From positions 20,026 to 84,025 of the IMG/VR virus record IMGVR_UViG_2718218131_000011: a stretch of 64,000 bases of DNA; one strand, 5' to 3'. Positions 10,511-21,800 of this stretch are shown here, piece after piece; position 1 is the first letter of the stretch, and each line of letters begins with the position of its first letter. The stretch is from a virus. Lineage: Duplodnaviria; Heunggongvirae; Uroviricota; Caudoviricetes. The notes under the pieces are model-generated. The model was not told the DNA's origin and searched no databases. It saw nothing but the letters and a program-made list of their open reading frames with translations. The position numbers and the translations under genes are program-made.

Positions 10511-11074
10511 ATGCTGAACAATAGAAATATGACTATTAATGAACTTAAAGACTGTATTCACTATGAAGTAATTGGTAGCGAGCGTCCTTTCTCTTGGCGA
10601 AAAGCAATTGTTCGCGCAATAAAACATAGAAGAGTTCGTTATTTATTTTGGTGGCGCATATCAAAATATCTTTTTGATAAAGGCGGATACAGGCGAAAGG
10701 TTGCAGGGAAAATAGAACGCTTCATTCTTGACAAATACAATGTAACCGTTCCCTTAACGGTAAATATAGGGAAAGGGTTTGACATATCTTATCTCAATGG
10801 CGTTGTTATCGCTCACAAAGTCACAATCGGTGAAAATTGTTCAATTAAGCCCGGAGTAACTATTGGACTTCGCGGGGAATTTAATGACATGGATATTGTT
10901 ATAGGAGATAATGTGACCATTGGTTGTAATGCCACCATTCTTGGTGGCAAAGTGCGTATAGGAAACAATGTCACAATAGGTGCTCATGCATTGGTATTGC
11001 ATGATATTCCTGATGATTCAACATTCATCACTAAATTTCAGTCTGAAGTTATCTGCTCGTCCTCCCGCACATAA
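10511..11074 (+). CDS. hexapeptide-repeat O-acetyltransferase (WcaF/WbbJ/LacA-like, left-handed beta-helix)
   Basis: 187 aa; repeated [LIV]-G-x-x-x-x-I hexapeptides ([16 protein letters not shown]...[34 protein letters not shown]); AT-rich gene; 3' end overlaps the tfa 3' end on the opposite strand. Confidence 0.75.
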   Translation: MLNNRNMTINELKDCIHYEVIGSERPFSWRKAIVRAIKHRRVRYLFWWRISKYLFDKGGYRRKVAGKIERFILDKYNVTVPLTVNIGKGFDISYLNGVVIAHKVTIGENCSIKPGVTIGLRGEFNDMDIVIGDNVTIGCNATILGGKVRIGNNVTIGAHALVLHDIPDDSTFITKFQSEVICSSSRT

Positions 11075-11655
11075 CCCTGATTCATCAGCTCTGGCCATAC
11101 GATATCCGGAGCTGTACTGGTATCAATTCGACTCACTAATACTCTGTATTTTCTCCAGGAGTCCAGTTGTGAATTTTCCTCGTTTGTTGCTATTTCAAGA
11201 TTAACTGCGTCCTGCAGAATTGCGATGTTATCTGTTGCCTCCTGGATCAACCTTGCCTTTTTCTCTTCCGCTTCCCGTATCCGAAACAGTTTTTCTGCTT
11301 CCTCATCCTTCACCCAGGATACGCCGTCCCACTTCTGATACTCCCCTGCTGGCGACAACCAGGTGACATTCTCTGGTAGCGGTCCGGGTTCAGAAATAAA
11401 CAACGCGTCCCCCGATGCCACCTCATAGACCGTTTTACCACGATGGTCTTCAACAATATTCCACGATTCATTTTCACTGTTGAAAACTGCCACAAAGCCA
11501 GTAGGAATTTCCGGTGGGGCGATATCTGTAGAATTAGCTGGCAGCCCTGTATGAGGTGGAATATATGCGTCATCTTCACCAATAAACTCATTAGTTCCGG
11601 CCAGCAGGTTATAAATTTTTACTGTACGTGATTGTTCACTCATTCTGAATGCCAT
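11038..11655 (-). CDS. tail fibre assembly chaperone (Tfa; P1 U-like)
   Basis: 205 aa immediately downstream of the tail fibre gene; [23 protein letters not shown] resembles lambda/Mu Tfa family. Confidence 0.8.
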   Translation of the reverse strand: MAFRMSEQSRTVKIYNLLAGTNEFIGEDDAYIPPHTGLPANSTDIAPPEIPTGFVAVFNSENESWNIVEDHRGKTVYEVASGDALFISEPGPLPENVTWLSPAGEYQKWDGVSWVKDEEAEKLFRIREAEEKKARLIQEATDNIAILQDAVNLEIATNEENSQLDSWRKYRVLVSRIDTSTAPDIVWPELMNQGYVREDEQITSD

Positions 11656-14600
11656 TATGCAAGCCTCACAATATAATTAAATGCGATGTTTTTAACGGTG
11701 TTTTCCGCGTTACCAGCAGCATTAACGGTGATGGTATGTCCATGTGAACCAATCGCAACAGAGTGCGTATGAGCGCCAATACCAACTGTATGTGCATGCG
11801 CCCCTGCACTTGCAGCAGTGCCTGATACTGAGTGGGTGTGTGCACCAGAAGAAGGCACTGTTCCATTCCCCACGACCGTGCCACTTGATGAACCATCAAG
11901 CCAGTCGAAATTCATACCTCCACTGTTTGGTCTCCTTAATGGAACGGTATGAGTATGTGCGCCAGCACTATTTGCAGTACCAGATACATTGTGGGTATGT
12001 GCACCTGTGTTATTCGTTGGTTTAGTACCGTAATCAAACGACGATGTGGTTTTCGTCCCCAAATCCGTACTGGATGCGCTGGCGCTGTGGGTGTGCGATT
12101 TAATGCCGTCCTGTTCCTGAGACAATACGGCACGACCACTGGCAGGTTTGCCCTTAATCGTCCAGCCACGCATATCAGGGATCACGCCTGACGGATAAGC
12201 GGCTGCAAGTTTCGGGTAAGCAGATTTGTCAAAAGTCTGCCCCTGCATTAGGGCATAACCAGACGGAACGGTATCTGATGGCCACGGGATTGGTGCGCCG
12301 ACTGGGTAGCTTTCTGGTGGAAGATTTTTCGAGGTATAAACTTCTGCCCAGTCTTCTTCAAAACCATAACCGTCTCTTGAAGAACGGTAGAACAGACCAC
12401 CATTTCTGTAATGCGCCTTCATCTGCAATGTCCGGCAACTTCCGACTCCGGTATAGAAGTTAACCAGAATATAGCTGTCGCCAGAGCGGGTGACATTGTA
12501 AGCGCCTGATTCGGCATTCCAGGGAACGCCACCATCCGCATCGGCATATGTATCCGTTGCCCTTCTGGCAAAAGCAGCCACATGCGCGGCGGTTAAAGTG
12601 ATATCAGTAGAACCATCAAATGGAACACCGGATATTTTTCTTGCAGTCTGAAGTTTTGTAGCAGTTGCAGCATTACCGTTCAAACTACCATTGATGCCGC
12701 CAGTAACATTGAGTCCATTACCGATCGTAACAGCACCATTGGCATTGTTAATGATAAGCGGCCTTAACCTATTATAGGTTCCTAGGCTGTTACCCGAATC
12801 GGTCAACATGAAATATGTGTTTGAACCATCGTTTCGGATAAAGAATCCGTAGTTTCCGTAGGCAATGCGCAGACCATTCGCCGATTTGGAAATAATCTCG
12901 CCAGCAGCAGTTAATCCGCCAGTTAACGCTCCTCCAGATAGTGGTAAAGCTCCGACATCAGCCGCAGTAGGCTTGTTTTTAGTGTTATACGCTCTGCGCC
13001 ATCCTGGTGAATAGCTCGTCCCGTTAAACACATAGACAAACTCCGCATTAGTGAGTGCGCCAGAGACACCTGTCGTTGTTGCCGTTGTTATACGAATCGT
13101 ATAATTGTTTGAGCTACTGCCGTTATTAAATACCTCAATAACTGCGCCAGCCAGTGGAATAATGCCGCATCCTGTTTCGCTGTCTGGTATGGATGCACTA
13201 TTTGCATACGCCCAGGCACAACGCGCTATCCATGCCTTTGCATTAAAAGCACCATTATCTCGTAGCAGAGTCACTAATTGCTCTGTTGTTATTGAAGCTC
13301 CATTATCACCTGTTACAAGCCAACCAGTAGGAGATGCCGGGCAACCAATATTTGCTGGTGACAGTGAAATATTCGCAGAACCGTCAAATGAAACCCCATT
13401 AATGGTACGCGCTGTTAGCAATTTGGTAGCCGTAGCTGCATTACCGGTTGTGTTCTGGTTACCAGCAATGTTTACACCCGGCAGATTGATATTGGCGGAG
13501 CCATCGAATGATACGCCGCCTATTGTGCGTGCTGTTTGCAGTTTTGTTGCAGTTGCAGCATTGCCAGTAGTGCTCTGATTACCTGTTTTATTCACACCTG
13601 GCAGGTCGATGTTTGCGGTACCATTAAATGAAACGCCACCAATGGTTCTTGCCGTTTGTAATTTCGTGGCAGACGCCGCATTTCCTGTTGTGTTCTGGTT
13701 GCCCGTTGTATTTACGCCCGGTATGGAGTCTTTCGATGTATAGACCTGTGCCCACTCAGACCATGCCGCATCTGTGTTATCTCTTCGGGAGCGAATGAAA
13801 ACTGGCGCATGTGCACCGCTCGTACCACTCCAGCCAATAAGCAACTCGCCCTCACCAGCAGCACTCGCACCTTTCATGTGCAATACGTTGCCATACGTGG
13901 TCGGGTAGCTATTGTTGTACGCCTCGTACATTTGAATGCCAGCAGTGCCTTGAGTAGAGCCGCTTAACGCCGTAACTCGGCCACGAGATACCAATGTATT
14001 AATGTTGATATCGCCTGAGCCATCAAACTTAACACCGTTGATGTTTCTTGCCGTCGCAAGTTTTGTCGCGGTAGCAGCATTCCCCGTGGTGTTCTGGTTA
14101 CCTGTTGTATTTACACCTGGAAGATTGATATTGGCCGAGCCATCAAATGCCACACCGCCAATCGTGCGTGCTGTTTTCAATTTCGTCGCGGTGTCGGCGT
14201 TCCCTGTCAGCGCCCCGGTGATCCCGCCGTTGAAAGTCTGGCGCGCACTCCATGTGTTAGCCGTGCTCAACAGGGGGATCTTTTCACCGCTGGTACCGAG
14301 TTCTCTTAAACCAAGGTATTGGATAACGGCCAGTGTGCTTGTTTTAGCCAGAATATCGCGACCGACTGACGTTAAATCAGTCTGCGCTACCGTATCCTTA
14401 CCAGTGAAATAAGGCAGTTTGTTTGCACCAGTCGCAAGGGCAGCGAGCGCGGTTAAAGTTGCATCCAGAGGCTGTTTGCCTGCCAGCGCATTTGTCATTG
14501 TTGTCGCAAAGTTCGGGTCATTGCCCAGTGCTGCTGCAAGCTCATTCAGAGTATCAAGAGCTTCAGGTGATGAGCCGACCAATGCAGAGATAGCAGCTCT

Positions 14601-15674
14601 TACATAAGCGGTCGTAGCAATCTGCGTGTTATTCGTACCCTGTGCAGCGGTAGGCGCAGTAGGTATTCCCGTTAATGCAGGACTTGCTAAAGGAGCTTTA
14701 AGAGCCAGAGCATTGTTGATAGTTGTGCTGAAATTCGGGTCGTTATTGATCGCAGCAGCTATTTCTTTAAGCGTATCCAGTGTGCCAGGTGCACCGTTGA
14801 TAAGTGCCGTTATAGCTGCCTTAACAAAGGCTGTATTTGCGATCTGCGTGCTGTTTGTACCTTGCGCTGCCGTCGGCGCGGTTGGCGTTCCTGTCAGACT
14901 CGGGCTTTCTATTGGCGCTTTGGTATCAGCCAGCTCTTTTACAGACTTAACGGCTTTAGGGGTAGCCGCCATTGTTTCGCTGTCGCTGTTAGTTGCGCTA
15001 CTGAGCTGAACTAATCCCTTTTGTGTTGTGCTTGCATCCTGCGCCGTATACTTGCTTTTAGCCAGATCGTAGGCTTTTTTAACTGCCAGCGAACTCGCAG
15101 CAACATCACTTCTGGTACTGGTTACAGAGTCTGAAATATCAATGCCGATCGTGCGGTTGATACGCTTGGATGTATCAATCATCTCCTGGGTAATGGCAGA
15201 TACACCAGCAGGGATATTCACCGTACAAACAAGCAGCTCCCCATCTCCTAACTGATATGAATCGGTATAGGTTCTGGAAACAAATTCAGCCGCATGAATA
15301 TGTGACGCGGTATTCACCTGATAGGTATCTTCTCCAAGGAGGTATCTTCCCTTCAGCACAATTGCATATTTCTTGCCTGCACTAAGTGCAAGAGAAATAT
15401 CCTTACGTTGCTGAATAGTTACCTGGTAGAATTCACCAATATCCACCGACGCCGCGCCTGCGGTTTTATCACCATCCACTGAGGTGATTAACAGGTTCAT
15501 CCCACCGCCAGGCTTAGGTAAGAAACCGGCATAAAATCCCGGGTCAACAATCCCCCTGAATTTTCGGTTTAGCGCGGCTGACAGATATGGTTCGTGGTAT
15601 TGCACATCAGCCACCAGAGCCAACGACTCGGGTGATGGGTAAGTAACCGATGTGACAACTGTAACGTCATTCAT
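11655..15674 (-). CDS. long tail fibre protein (P1 S-like), with P2 gpH-like conserved segments, internal repeats and His-rich tip
   Basis: ORF-track start at 15761 rejected; ATG at 15674 is preceded by AAGGA. Contains [57 protein letters not shown] as in P2 gpH; ~39-aa [31 protein letters not shown] repeats; C-terminal [12 protein letters not shown] repeats. Confidence 0.85.
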   Translation of the reverse strand: MNDVTVVTSVTYPSPESLALVADVQYHEPYLSAALNRKFRGIVDPGFYAGFLPKPGGGMNLLITSVDGDKTAGAASVDIGEFYQVTIQQRKDISLALSAGKKYAIVLKGRYLLGEDTYQVNTASHIHAAEFVSRTYTDSYQLGDGELLVCTVNIPAGVSAITQEMIDTSKRINRTIGIDISDSVTSTRSDVAASSLAVKKAYDLAKSKYTAQDASTTQKGLVQLSSATNSDSETMAATPKAVKSVKELADTKAPIESPSLTGTPTAPTAAQGTNSTQIANTAFVKAAITALINGAPGTLDTLKEIAAAINNDPNFSTTINNALALKAPLASPALTGIPTAPTAAQGTNNTQIATTAYVRAAISALVGSSPEALDTLNELAAALGNDPNFATTMTNALAGKQPLDATLTALAALATGANKLPYFTGKDTVAQTDLTSVGRDILAKTSTLAVIQYLGLRELGTSGEKIPLLSTANTWSARQTFNGGITGALTGNADTATKLKTARTIGGVAFDGSANINLPGVNTTGNQNTTGNAATATKLATARNINGVKFDGSGDININTLVSRGRVTALSGSTQGTAGIQMYEAYNNSYPTTYGNVLHMKGASAAGEGELLIGWSGTSGAHAPVFIRSRRDNTDAAWSEWAQVYTSKDSIPGVNTTGNQNTTGNAASATKLQTARTIGGVSFNGTANIDLPGVNKTGNQSTTGNAATATKLQTARTIGGVSFDGSANINLPGVNIAGNQNTTGNAATATKLLTARTINGVSFDGSANISLSPANIGCPASPTGWLVTGDNGASITTEQLVTLLRDNGAFNAKAWIARCAWAYANSASIPDSETGCGIIPLAGAVIEVFNNGSSSNNYTIRITTATTTGVSGALTNAEFVYVFNGTSYSPGWRRAYNTKNKPTAADVGALPLSGGALTGGLTAAGEIISKSANGLRIAYGNYGFFIRNDGSNTYFMLTDSGNSLGTYNRLRPLIINNANGAVTIGNGLNVTGGINGSLNGNAATATKLQTARKISGVPFDGSTDITLTAAHVAAFARRATDTYADADGGVPWNAESGAYNVTRSGDSYILVNFYTGVGSCRTLQMKAHYRNGGLFYRSSRDGYGFEEDWAEVYTSKNLPPESYPVGAPIPWPSDTVPSGYALMQGQTFDKSAYPKLAAAYPSGVIPDMRGWTIKGKPASGRAVLSQEQDGIKSHTHSASASSTDLGTKTTSSFDYGTKPTNNTGAHTHNVSGTANSAGAHTHTVPLRRPNSGGMNFDWLDGSSSGTVVGNGTVPSSGAHTHSVSGTAASAGAHAHTVGIGAHTHSVAIGSHGHTITVNAAGNAENTVKNIAFNYIVRLA
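13381..13725. repeat. three tandem ~117-bp intragenic repeats inside the tail fibre gene (further copies near 14018-14220 and 12640-12740)
   Basis: Direct DNA repeats ccatcgaatgatacgccgcc.../ccattaaatgaaacgccacc... encoding the repeated [23 protein letters not shown] units. Confidence 0.6.
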
Positions 15675-15685
15675 CAAGCATATCC

Positions 15686-16120
15686 TTATGCTGTAGTCGT
15701 GTTTATGGCCATAACTGCGGTATATGTTTTGCCCACATACAGCGAGTCTTCCTGGACACAAATAATGGCGATTGGCTTGTTCTCGTTATCCAGAACAACC
15801 AGAGTGTTGAATGGGTAGTTTTTCCCTTCCTGCAACTGGCTTTGATCAAGGTCCATTCGGACAGTTATTATCCCGCCTGAGTAGGTTGGGACGAGGTTGA
15901 TGGTGCAAAATTGACTGGTCAGTTCTGCCAGATCGAAAGCCTTTGGCAGTTCTCCAATCTCATAAGTGCCATCTCCTTTCTTAGTAACCAGTGAACTGGT
16001 ACCGAAAACGGCCTTGCTGATTAAAAATCGAGAGCCTTTGTTAATGGACGATTCAGCGCGCCGCTGATAGTAATAGTCCAACAACTGACTCTTATAGAGG
16101 TTTGTTGAGACGTCAGACAT
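15686..16120 (-). CDS. tail fibre-associated structural protein (P1 R-like position)
   Basis: 144-aa ORF immediately upstream of the tail fibre gene; assignment by synteny only. Confidence 0.5.
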   Translation of the reverse strand: MSDVSTNLYKSQLLDYYYQRRAESSINKGSRFLISKAVFGTSSLVTKKGDGTYEIGELPKAFDLAELTSQFCTINLVPTYSGGIITVRMDLDQSQLQEGKNYPFNTLVVLDNENKPIAIICVQEDSLYVGKTYTAVMAINTTTA

Positions 16121-16198
16121 GATTTTCCCTAATCAATGTTGTGAAGCCTCATTGTAAGAGAAGTAACTTGTCACCCCGCCCTGCGGACGGGGTGATTG

Positions 16199-17038
16199 TC
16201 AGGCGTCGCTATCCAGCAACAAATCATCTGCGCGTGTGCGATCAAACGTAGGTGTCGCTTTCACAATAGTGCCACCAGGCGTTGCGGTGATCGGGGCGCT
16301 AATCGACGTAACTCCAGTAAGCGAAGTTGTATCCGAAGTTTCAAACCAGCAGAATGCTTTTTCGGTATCAGAAATCTCGTTCAAAGTGATCATGTCGGCC
16401 TGTTCATTTACAACAACCGACAAATAGAGCGTAAGCCCATCAAACACTATATGCAGTGGCAGTAAAGGCTTTACGAACTGATTAAACTTTCTGAGAATTT
16501 CTTCTGTAATTGCGGACTGATCTATCGTGCCAGTAATCCCCATTGTCCGGGCCAGGTCGTTTATGGGAATACTGATCATCCCTCTGGAAGTCAGAAACAT
16601 CTCGCCGAATGTGCCGCCGGTTATCTCCAGTGTGCTTTCTGGTATTAGAACCGTGCCATAGGGATGACGCTCAAGGTCCACCGGTGCATATATCGGATCC
16701 CATAAAACAGAAATACCGTTAAATTCGCGGTAAATTGTCTGGTTTATAGGGCGTTCAGTCCCCTTAAAGTGAATCTCATCAAGACGCTGTTGTAACAACA
16801 TCGGAACGGAAGATGAGTTCGACGTTCTGATAGTAAAGAACTGGCCAAGTTCATTTGTCCTGGTCTCCAGATCCTCCTTGCTCATGGAAAAAATAGACTT
16901 CCGGTTGGTAATTCGCTCCAACCATGGGTCAACAAAGGTATCCATCATTGACTGAACCAAATCAGCCAATGATTTATAGAGCAATGCCTTTTGCTTAGCT
17001 GATGTAAGCCGGTTATTAAACCAGGAACGCTGCATCAC
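16199..17038 (-). CDS. baseplate/tail morphogenesis protein
   Basis: 279-aa ORF, start overlaps the upstream 477-aa gene stop; in the baseplate-tail fibre operon. Confidence 0.55.
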   Translation of the reverse strand: MMQRSWFNNRLTSAKQKALLYKSLADLVQSMMDTFVDPWLERITNRKSIFSMSKEDLETRTNELGQFFTIRTSNSSSVPMLLQQRLDEIHFKGTERPINQTIYREFNGISVLWDPIYAPVDLERHPYGTVLIPESTLEITGGTFGEMFLTSRGMISIPINDLARTMGITGTIDQSAITEEILRKFNQFVKPLLPLHIVFDGLTLYLSVVVNEQADMITLNEISDTEKAFCWFETSDTTSLTGVTSISAPITATPGGTIVKATPTFDRTRADDLLLDSDA

Positions 17039-18468
17039 TCCTCCTCATACGAAATATTAAAGGTGGAGTTTTCTGTATCCAGATAAACGAAATCGTAAAA
17101 GCCGTTGGACTCATTCCACTCGACAAATTCCAGATAAAAGTCGCGGAAATAACCCAGCGTTTCGATAAATGCCCAAACGTCTTTTTTCTTGATTAGGATG
17201 TACTTGCCGACACGGTTCGGATCAAAGAAAGTTGAGTCACGCCCAAATTTTGTTTCCAGTGCCGACTTCAGCTCATCAGTCACGTTCTCAATGGTCAGGC
17301 TTGCCGATATCCGCCCGGTGATGGTGATCTTAAAGGGTAGTTTTCTGACCTCTTTATACGAGAATTTCTTGTTCAACTCATTCGGCACCTTCTTAAAGGC
17401 AGCCAGGATCATTTCTTCAAGCTCTGACTGGCTTTTGTTTGGATGCCATCCTGAAATAAATATCTTATTGATATTCCGGACATTATAAGCACCATCTAAT
17501 TTCTCTTGCTGGCCTTCGCCCCATGCCTTTACCCAGGACAGTCCCGGGATGTTACGCACCAGAAAATACGTATAGTCCCCGCCCCATACGACCTGATCAT
17601 CATAGGCAAGGTAATATTGTGCACGATTACGTGTGATCTCCGTTGTTTCGGCATCGGTACCTGCGGTTATGGGTGTCGTTGTCTTAACTGAAATCAAATT
17701 AGCTAAATTAGCCGCAGAATCGACAGGCGTCAGATTTTGGCCAGCAACCAAGGTTATATCTCCGTTGGTGCACCATACCTTAAGTGTAATGGTCGAGCCT
17801 TCTGGCGGTATTTGCCCAATTAGCCCATCACCGAATCGAACCCCCAACTGCTCGGATGGTTTATAAAACTCAACGTAGACCTGGCTTTTACTACCGGCTA
17901 ACCGGAACATAGTGCTGGAAGACCACTGCGTGGTCTTACCATCGGTCGTCACGAATACTTCCAGCTTATAGCAGACAGCAGTGAGAGCCTTTGATAACAC
18001 GACTTCCAGAAATTCTTTGGCTGCCGTAACGGTATATGTCACCTCCTGGATTTCCAACTGTGCCACTTCTACCGTACCGGTGCCGTCAACCAACCTGCAT
18101 ACATCCATAGTCATGTAAGGGTACTGGTCGTCAGATATTAAAGGCATGTTTTTGGGGATTACCGCTGGGGCATCTTCACTTGTGGCGGTGATCTCAATCA
18201 TCCCCGATGACGGTGTTGGCTTGGTACCAACGTAACTATTCGTTTCTGCCGCTGCCAAGATAGAGGAACGCCGCGTCGCGGTCGATATAAAGCCTTCAGC
18301 CAGCGCCGCATCGGCATACTGAAAGCACCTGTAGACAATCTGGGTAATAAACAATGTCAGCATCGAGACAAATTGAGAGCCGACAAACTTCGACCAGAAT
18401 GAATCTTTCTCGACAAGCTCTTCAAACTCTGCACGAATACTGTCTTTAGTCGGTGTTGTTTTACTCAT
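17035..18468 (-). CDS. baseplate protein (BplA-like position)
   Basis: 477-aa ORF translationally coupled to neighbours in the baseplate operon. Confidence 0.55.
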   Translation of the reverse strand: MSKTTPTKDSIRAEFEELVEKDSFWSKFVGSQFVSMLTLFITQIVYRCFQYADAALAEGFISTATRRSSILAAAETNSYVGTKPTPSSGMIEITATSEDAPAVIPKNMPLISDDQYPYMTMDVCRLVDGTGTVEVAQLEIQEVTYTVTAAKEFLEVVLSKALTAVCYKLEVFVTTDGKTTQWSSSTMFRLAGSKSQVYVEFYKPSEQLGVRFGDGLIGQIPPEGSTITLKVWCTNGDITLVAGQNLTPVDSAANLANLISVKTTTPITAGTDAETTEITRNRAQYYLAYDDQVVWGGDYTYFLVRNIPGLSWVKAWGEGQQEKLDGAYNVRNINKIFISGWHPNKSQSELEEMILAAFKKVPNELNKKFSYKEVRKLPFKITITGRISASLTIENVTDELKSALETKFGRDSTFFDPNRVGKYILIKKKDVWAFIETLGYFRDFYLEFVEWNESNGFYDFVYLDTENSTFNISYEEE

Positions 18469-18824
18469 AGCACCACGTCCTGTGTGATAGTTATATCCCT
18501 GATACGAATGGATATTTTCAACTTATCAAAAGCATCTCCCTCGGCTACTGACAAGCCAGAAATCGGTATGTCAGATAAATCTACCGTCAGTTTTTGCAAC
18601 AGCATTGCCTCAACCGCAATTTGAACATGCGACAAGTTGGTCGGTTCGTGTTTAAACTGCGGTAAAACATTGCCCCATGACGGATCTCCGTATACCTCAC
18701 CCTGATAAGTGTTTAGCCACTCATATAAACGAGCGCCCCAGGCCTCCTCCTGGGACTCATACGTTTTTACGCCGGATAACTCCAGCGTCAGCAAAGGATC
18801 AATTTCGTTATTGTTGGCCATCAA
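18465..18824 (-). CDS. small baseplate/tail protein (gp25/W-like size)
   Basis: 119-aa ORF, 4-nt overlaps with flanking genes. Confidence 0.5.
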   Translation of the reverse strand: MMANNNEIDPLLTLELSGVKTYESQEEAWGARLYEWLNTYQGEVYGDPSWGNVLPQFKHEPTNLSHVQIAVEAMLLQKLTVDLSDIPISGLSVAEGDAFDKLKISIRIRDITITQDVVL

Positions 18825-21800
18825 TCAACTCTCGCGTAGTCATTCATCAACGGATCATCAATTGACAGTGGTACCGTGCGCATAACGCCCGGCTGAGGCG
18901 TGCTGACCTTTACGACAGTTCCCTGGCCTTTCGCCGAGTCTTTGGTGTGCTCTTCAATCCTGGCAAGTAATGAGGTCATCTGCGCAAACAGCCGCTTCGT
19001 TTCACCATCAAGTGAAACGGTATTATCAGCCAACTGCATTGTCGGCTTGGCACCGGAACCACCAAGGTCACTAATAACCTGTCCGTCTATCTGCATACGA
19101 CCGGTTGGTTGCTGCAAATCGTTGGCGGCAGTCGTCACCTGGGACGTGGAGGCTGGTTCAGGCGCATTATTTTTCCGCATCCCCGGCGAGTTGCGGAGTT
19201 TATCGAATAGTCCATCAATCCCCATTTGTGCGCCGAGTTGGTCAAAGTAACTTGAGTTGCTGGTCACCGGACGCGCCTCTTCAACTGGCATCGGAGTATC
19301 AACATACACATTGCCAGCTGCTGTTGCGGTCCCCTTCCCTCGTGCACGTTCTTCGAGCGTTCCCTGAACGACTTCCCGACGCATACCCCGGCCATTCATG
19401 AATTTGTTGACCAGATCGTTAACGCCAACAGCATTGCCGATTTTGTCTACCAGACCGCCTTTCTCAAACGGGCTATCACCAGGGGTAAACGCCAGGCCAG
19501 TAGACTGATCGATAACAGCGTTATCAGGCAGTGGTCCCCTCACTCCATATTGCGCCCCACCCTGTGCTCCTGCTCCAGGTGTATAGATTTCACCACCTAA
19601 ATAGCGAGCACGATGAGTATTGACCTTGATCGCGTACTCACGGTTTTCTTTCGATAAGTCACCTGTGCCTTTTTTCCACTTATTGATAGTGCCAAACCCA
19701 GCGTTATATGCAGTGATGGCCTCGTTTAAGTCTCCATTGGCTTGCTTCAGATACTTGCTCATGAGAAGAGCCGCAGCTTCTGCCGATTTCACAGGATCAA
19801 ACGATTCACCTTCAGCTAAGCCAGTCTCTTCACGAGCAATCCCCGTGAACTGAAACATTCCCAGAGCACCGGTTTGGGATTTTGCATACGGATTACCACC
19901 AGATTCAGTTGCAGCAATCGCGTAAAGAGTGCCTTCTGGAAGACCATATTTATTCTCTAGTTCAGCAAAATACGGAGCCAACTTATCGAGATTTGCCTTA
20001 CCTTCAGATCCAAGACTTCCGACTTTTACATCCAAGCGGCCATTGTTGTAGGTATCCGCAGCTTTCTGAATGTCATTCCTGGTGCCAGTGGTATTAAGCG
20101 ACGATGATGACGAGCTATTTTGACCAATAGCTTTATCAATTTTCTGCAACGCGCTATTGCCCGTTTCTGCGGCATTTGCATTGATAATCTGATTCGCAGT
20201 TTCTTTAACTGTTTTATTGCTATCTTTCGCCGTGTCCAGTGCCGCATTTATCACGCGGGTAACAATATTAGTCTGTTTGGCATCGGATTCAGTTTTAGAA
20301 TCAGATGTCTCCTGGTGGCTATTAACCGGAGCTTTTAACTCTGGAGCGATTTCTTTCGCATTAGCCTCGCTATTAACCGGAGCTTTTAACTCTGGAGCGA
20401 TTTCTTTCGCATTAGCCTCGCCGATCGGATTGGGTATTTTTGATACAATCATTGCCGCAGGGGTATTTTTAACGGCATCAACCGCTGCATCTAATGCTTT
20501 ACCAGGTAAATTTTTAACCCCATCCCAAATATTACCAGCCGCCTCTTTAATGTGTTTCCCTGGGTTCTTAATGAAATCAATTGCACTATCAATTGCATCA
20601 CTGAAAACCTGTTTCAGGTTATCAACAGTAAAGAAGTCTTTGATGGCATCCAGCTTTTCAAGCAGCTTATTAGATGTATCGCTAAACCATGCTGAAACAG
20701 CATCACCAATCTTTGCTGTGTAATCTTCGAACTTGGTAGAAATGGTGTCGCCAAGGTTAGAAATATATGTTTCTAAGTTGGTAATCCCACTATCAATGGC
20801 CTGGGCAATACTTTCCGTCGAAAATGATTGCAACATATTGCCGATATCCTCAAATCCAAGTGATTTGAGAACCTCACCAATGGCGCTGCTAATACCAGAT
20901 ACCAGTCCCCCCATATCAAGAACATTGGCTAACGTATAAGCGGCTTTTTGCTGGAATGATGGATCTTGTCCTGATTTAAGCCCAAACGCTCGACGTTGCG
21001 CTTCTGTATCATTCCAACCGGTTACCGCATCATAAATACCTCCAGCCACTGTGCCGACTAAGGGAATTGCGCGTAACGCCCCTTTACCAACTGCCTTTAA
21101 TCCAAGTTTACCTGCTGCCCGGGCAGCCAAATCTCCACCTTCATGGGCGATAGTCTTCTTGCCACCACCGCGTAGCATTCCTACAAGTTTCTTTGCCCCC
21201 AGAGCGCCAAAAGCGAGTGCTCCAGCTTTTTTCAGCATGCCACGCCCCATTAACAACGACGCGACGCCACCGGCCCCCTTCCCTAACAGGCTAAATAGTT
21301 TGGACAGCAAGCCGCCCTTCTTTTTCCCGGTGTTTTTGGCTATCTGATCAAGGGCGCTGAGAATCTTGTCATTGCCCTCTTTAATTTCGCTGGTCTGCTC
21401 CTGAAGTTCCTGAACTGTCCGTTTTTGGGTGTTAACCTGAACGACATCGGCACTATTTTGCGATTTACGCCTAAAAAAACCTTTTCTACGGCTGTTATCG
21501 TCATTGCCACAAATCACATCGGCAATAGACTTTCTGGCACCATTAAGCGATCCACCAACTTCTTTTGATATCCCGCCAAGCTCCTTCCCTGCTGCCCACA
21601 ATGGACCAGCAACGGCATAACCTAACGCATCAACGGCACGAGTCTCTGAAGGGTTACCTATGCCTTCAGCTACTTTTGACAGTTTTTTTAATAAACCTGA
21701 TTCAGCATTTAGACGCTCATCATCCTCTTTGCGCCTGGCCTTTTCAGCACGTTCAGCACGGGCATCTTCCGCTGCGGCCTTACTCCCTGACTTTCCAATA

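Noticed and set aside
15675-15761. N-terminal extension of the tail fibre ORF (MCPGRLAV...)
   Set aside because: No RBS, overlaps the upstream gene; ATG at 15674 has AAGGA RBS and begins the conserved fibre N-terminus.
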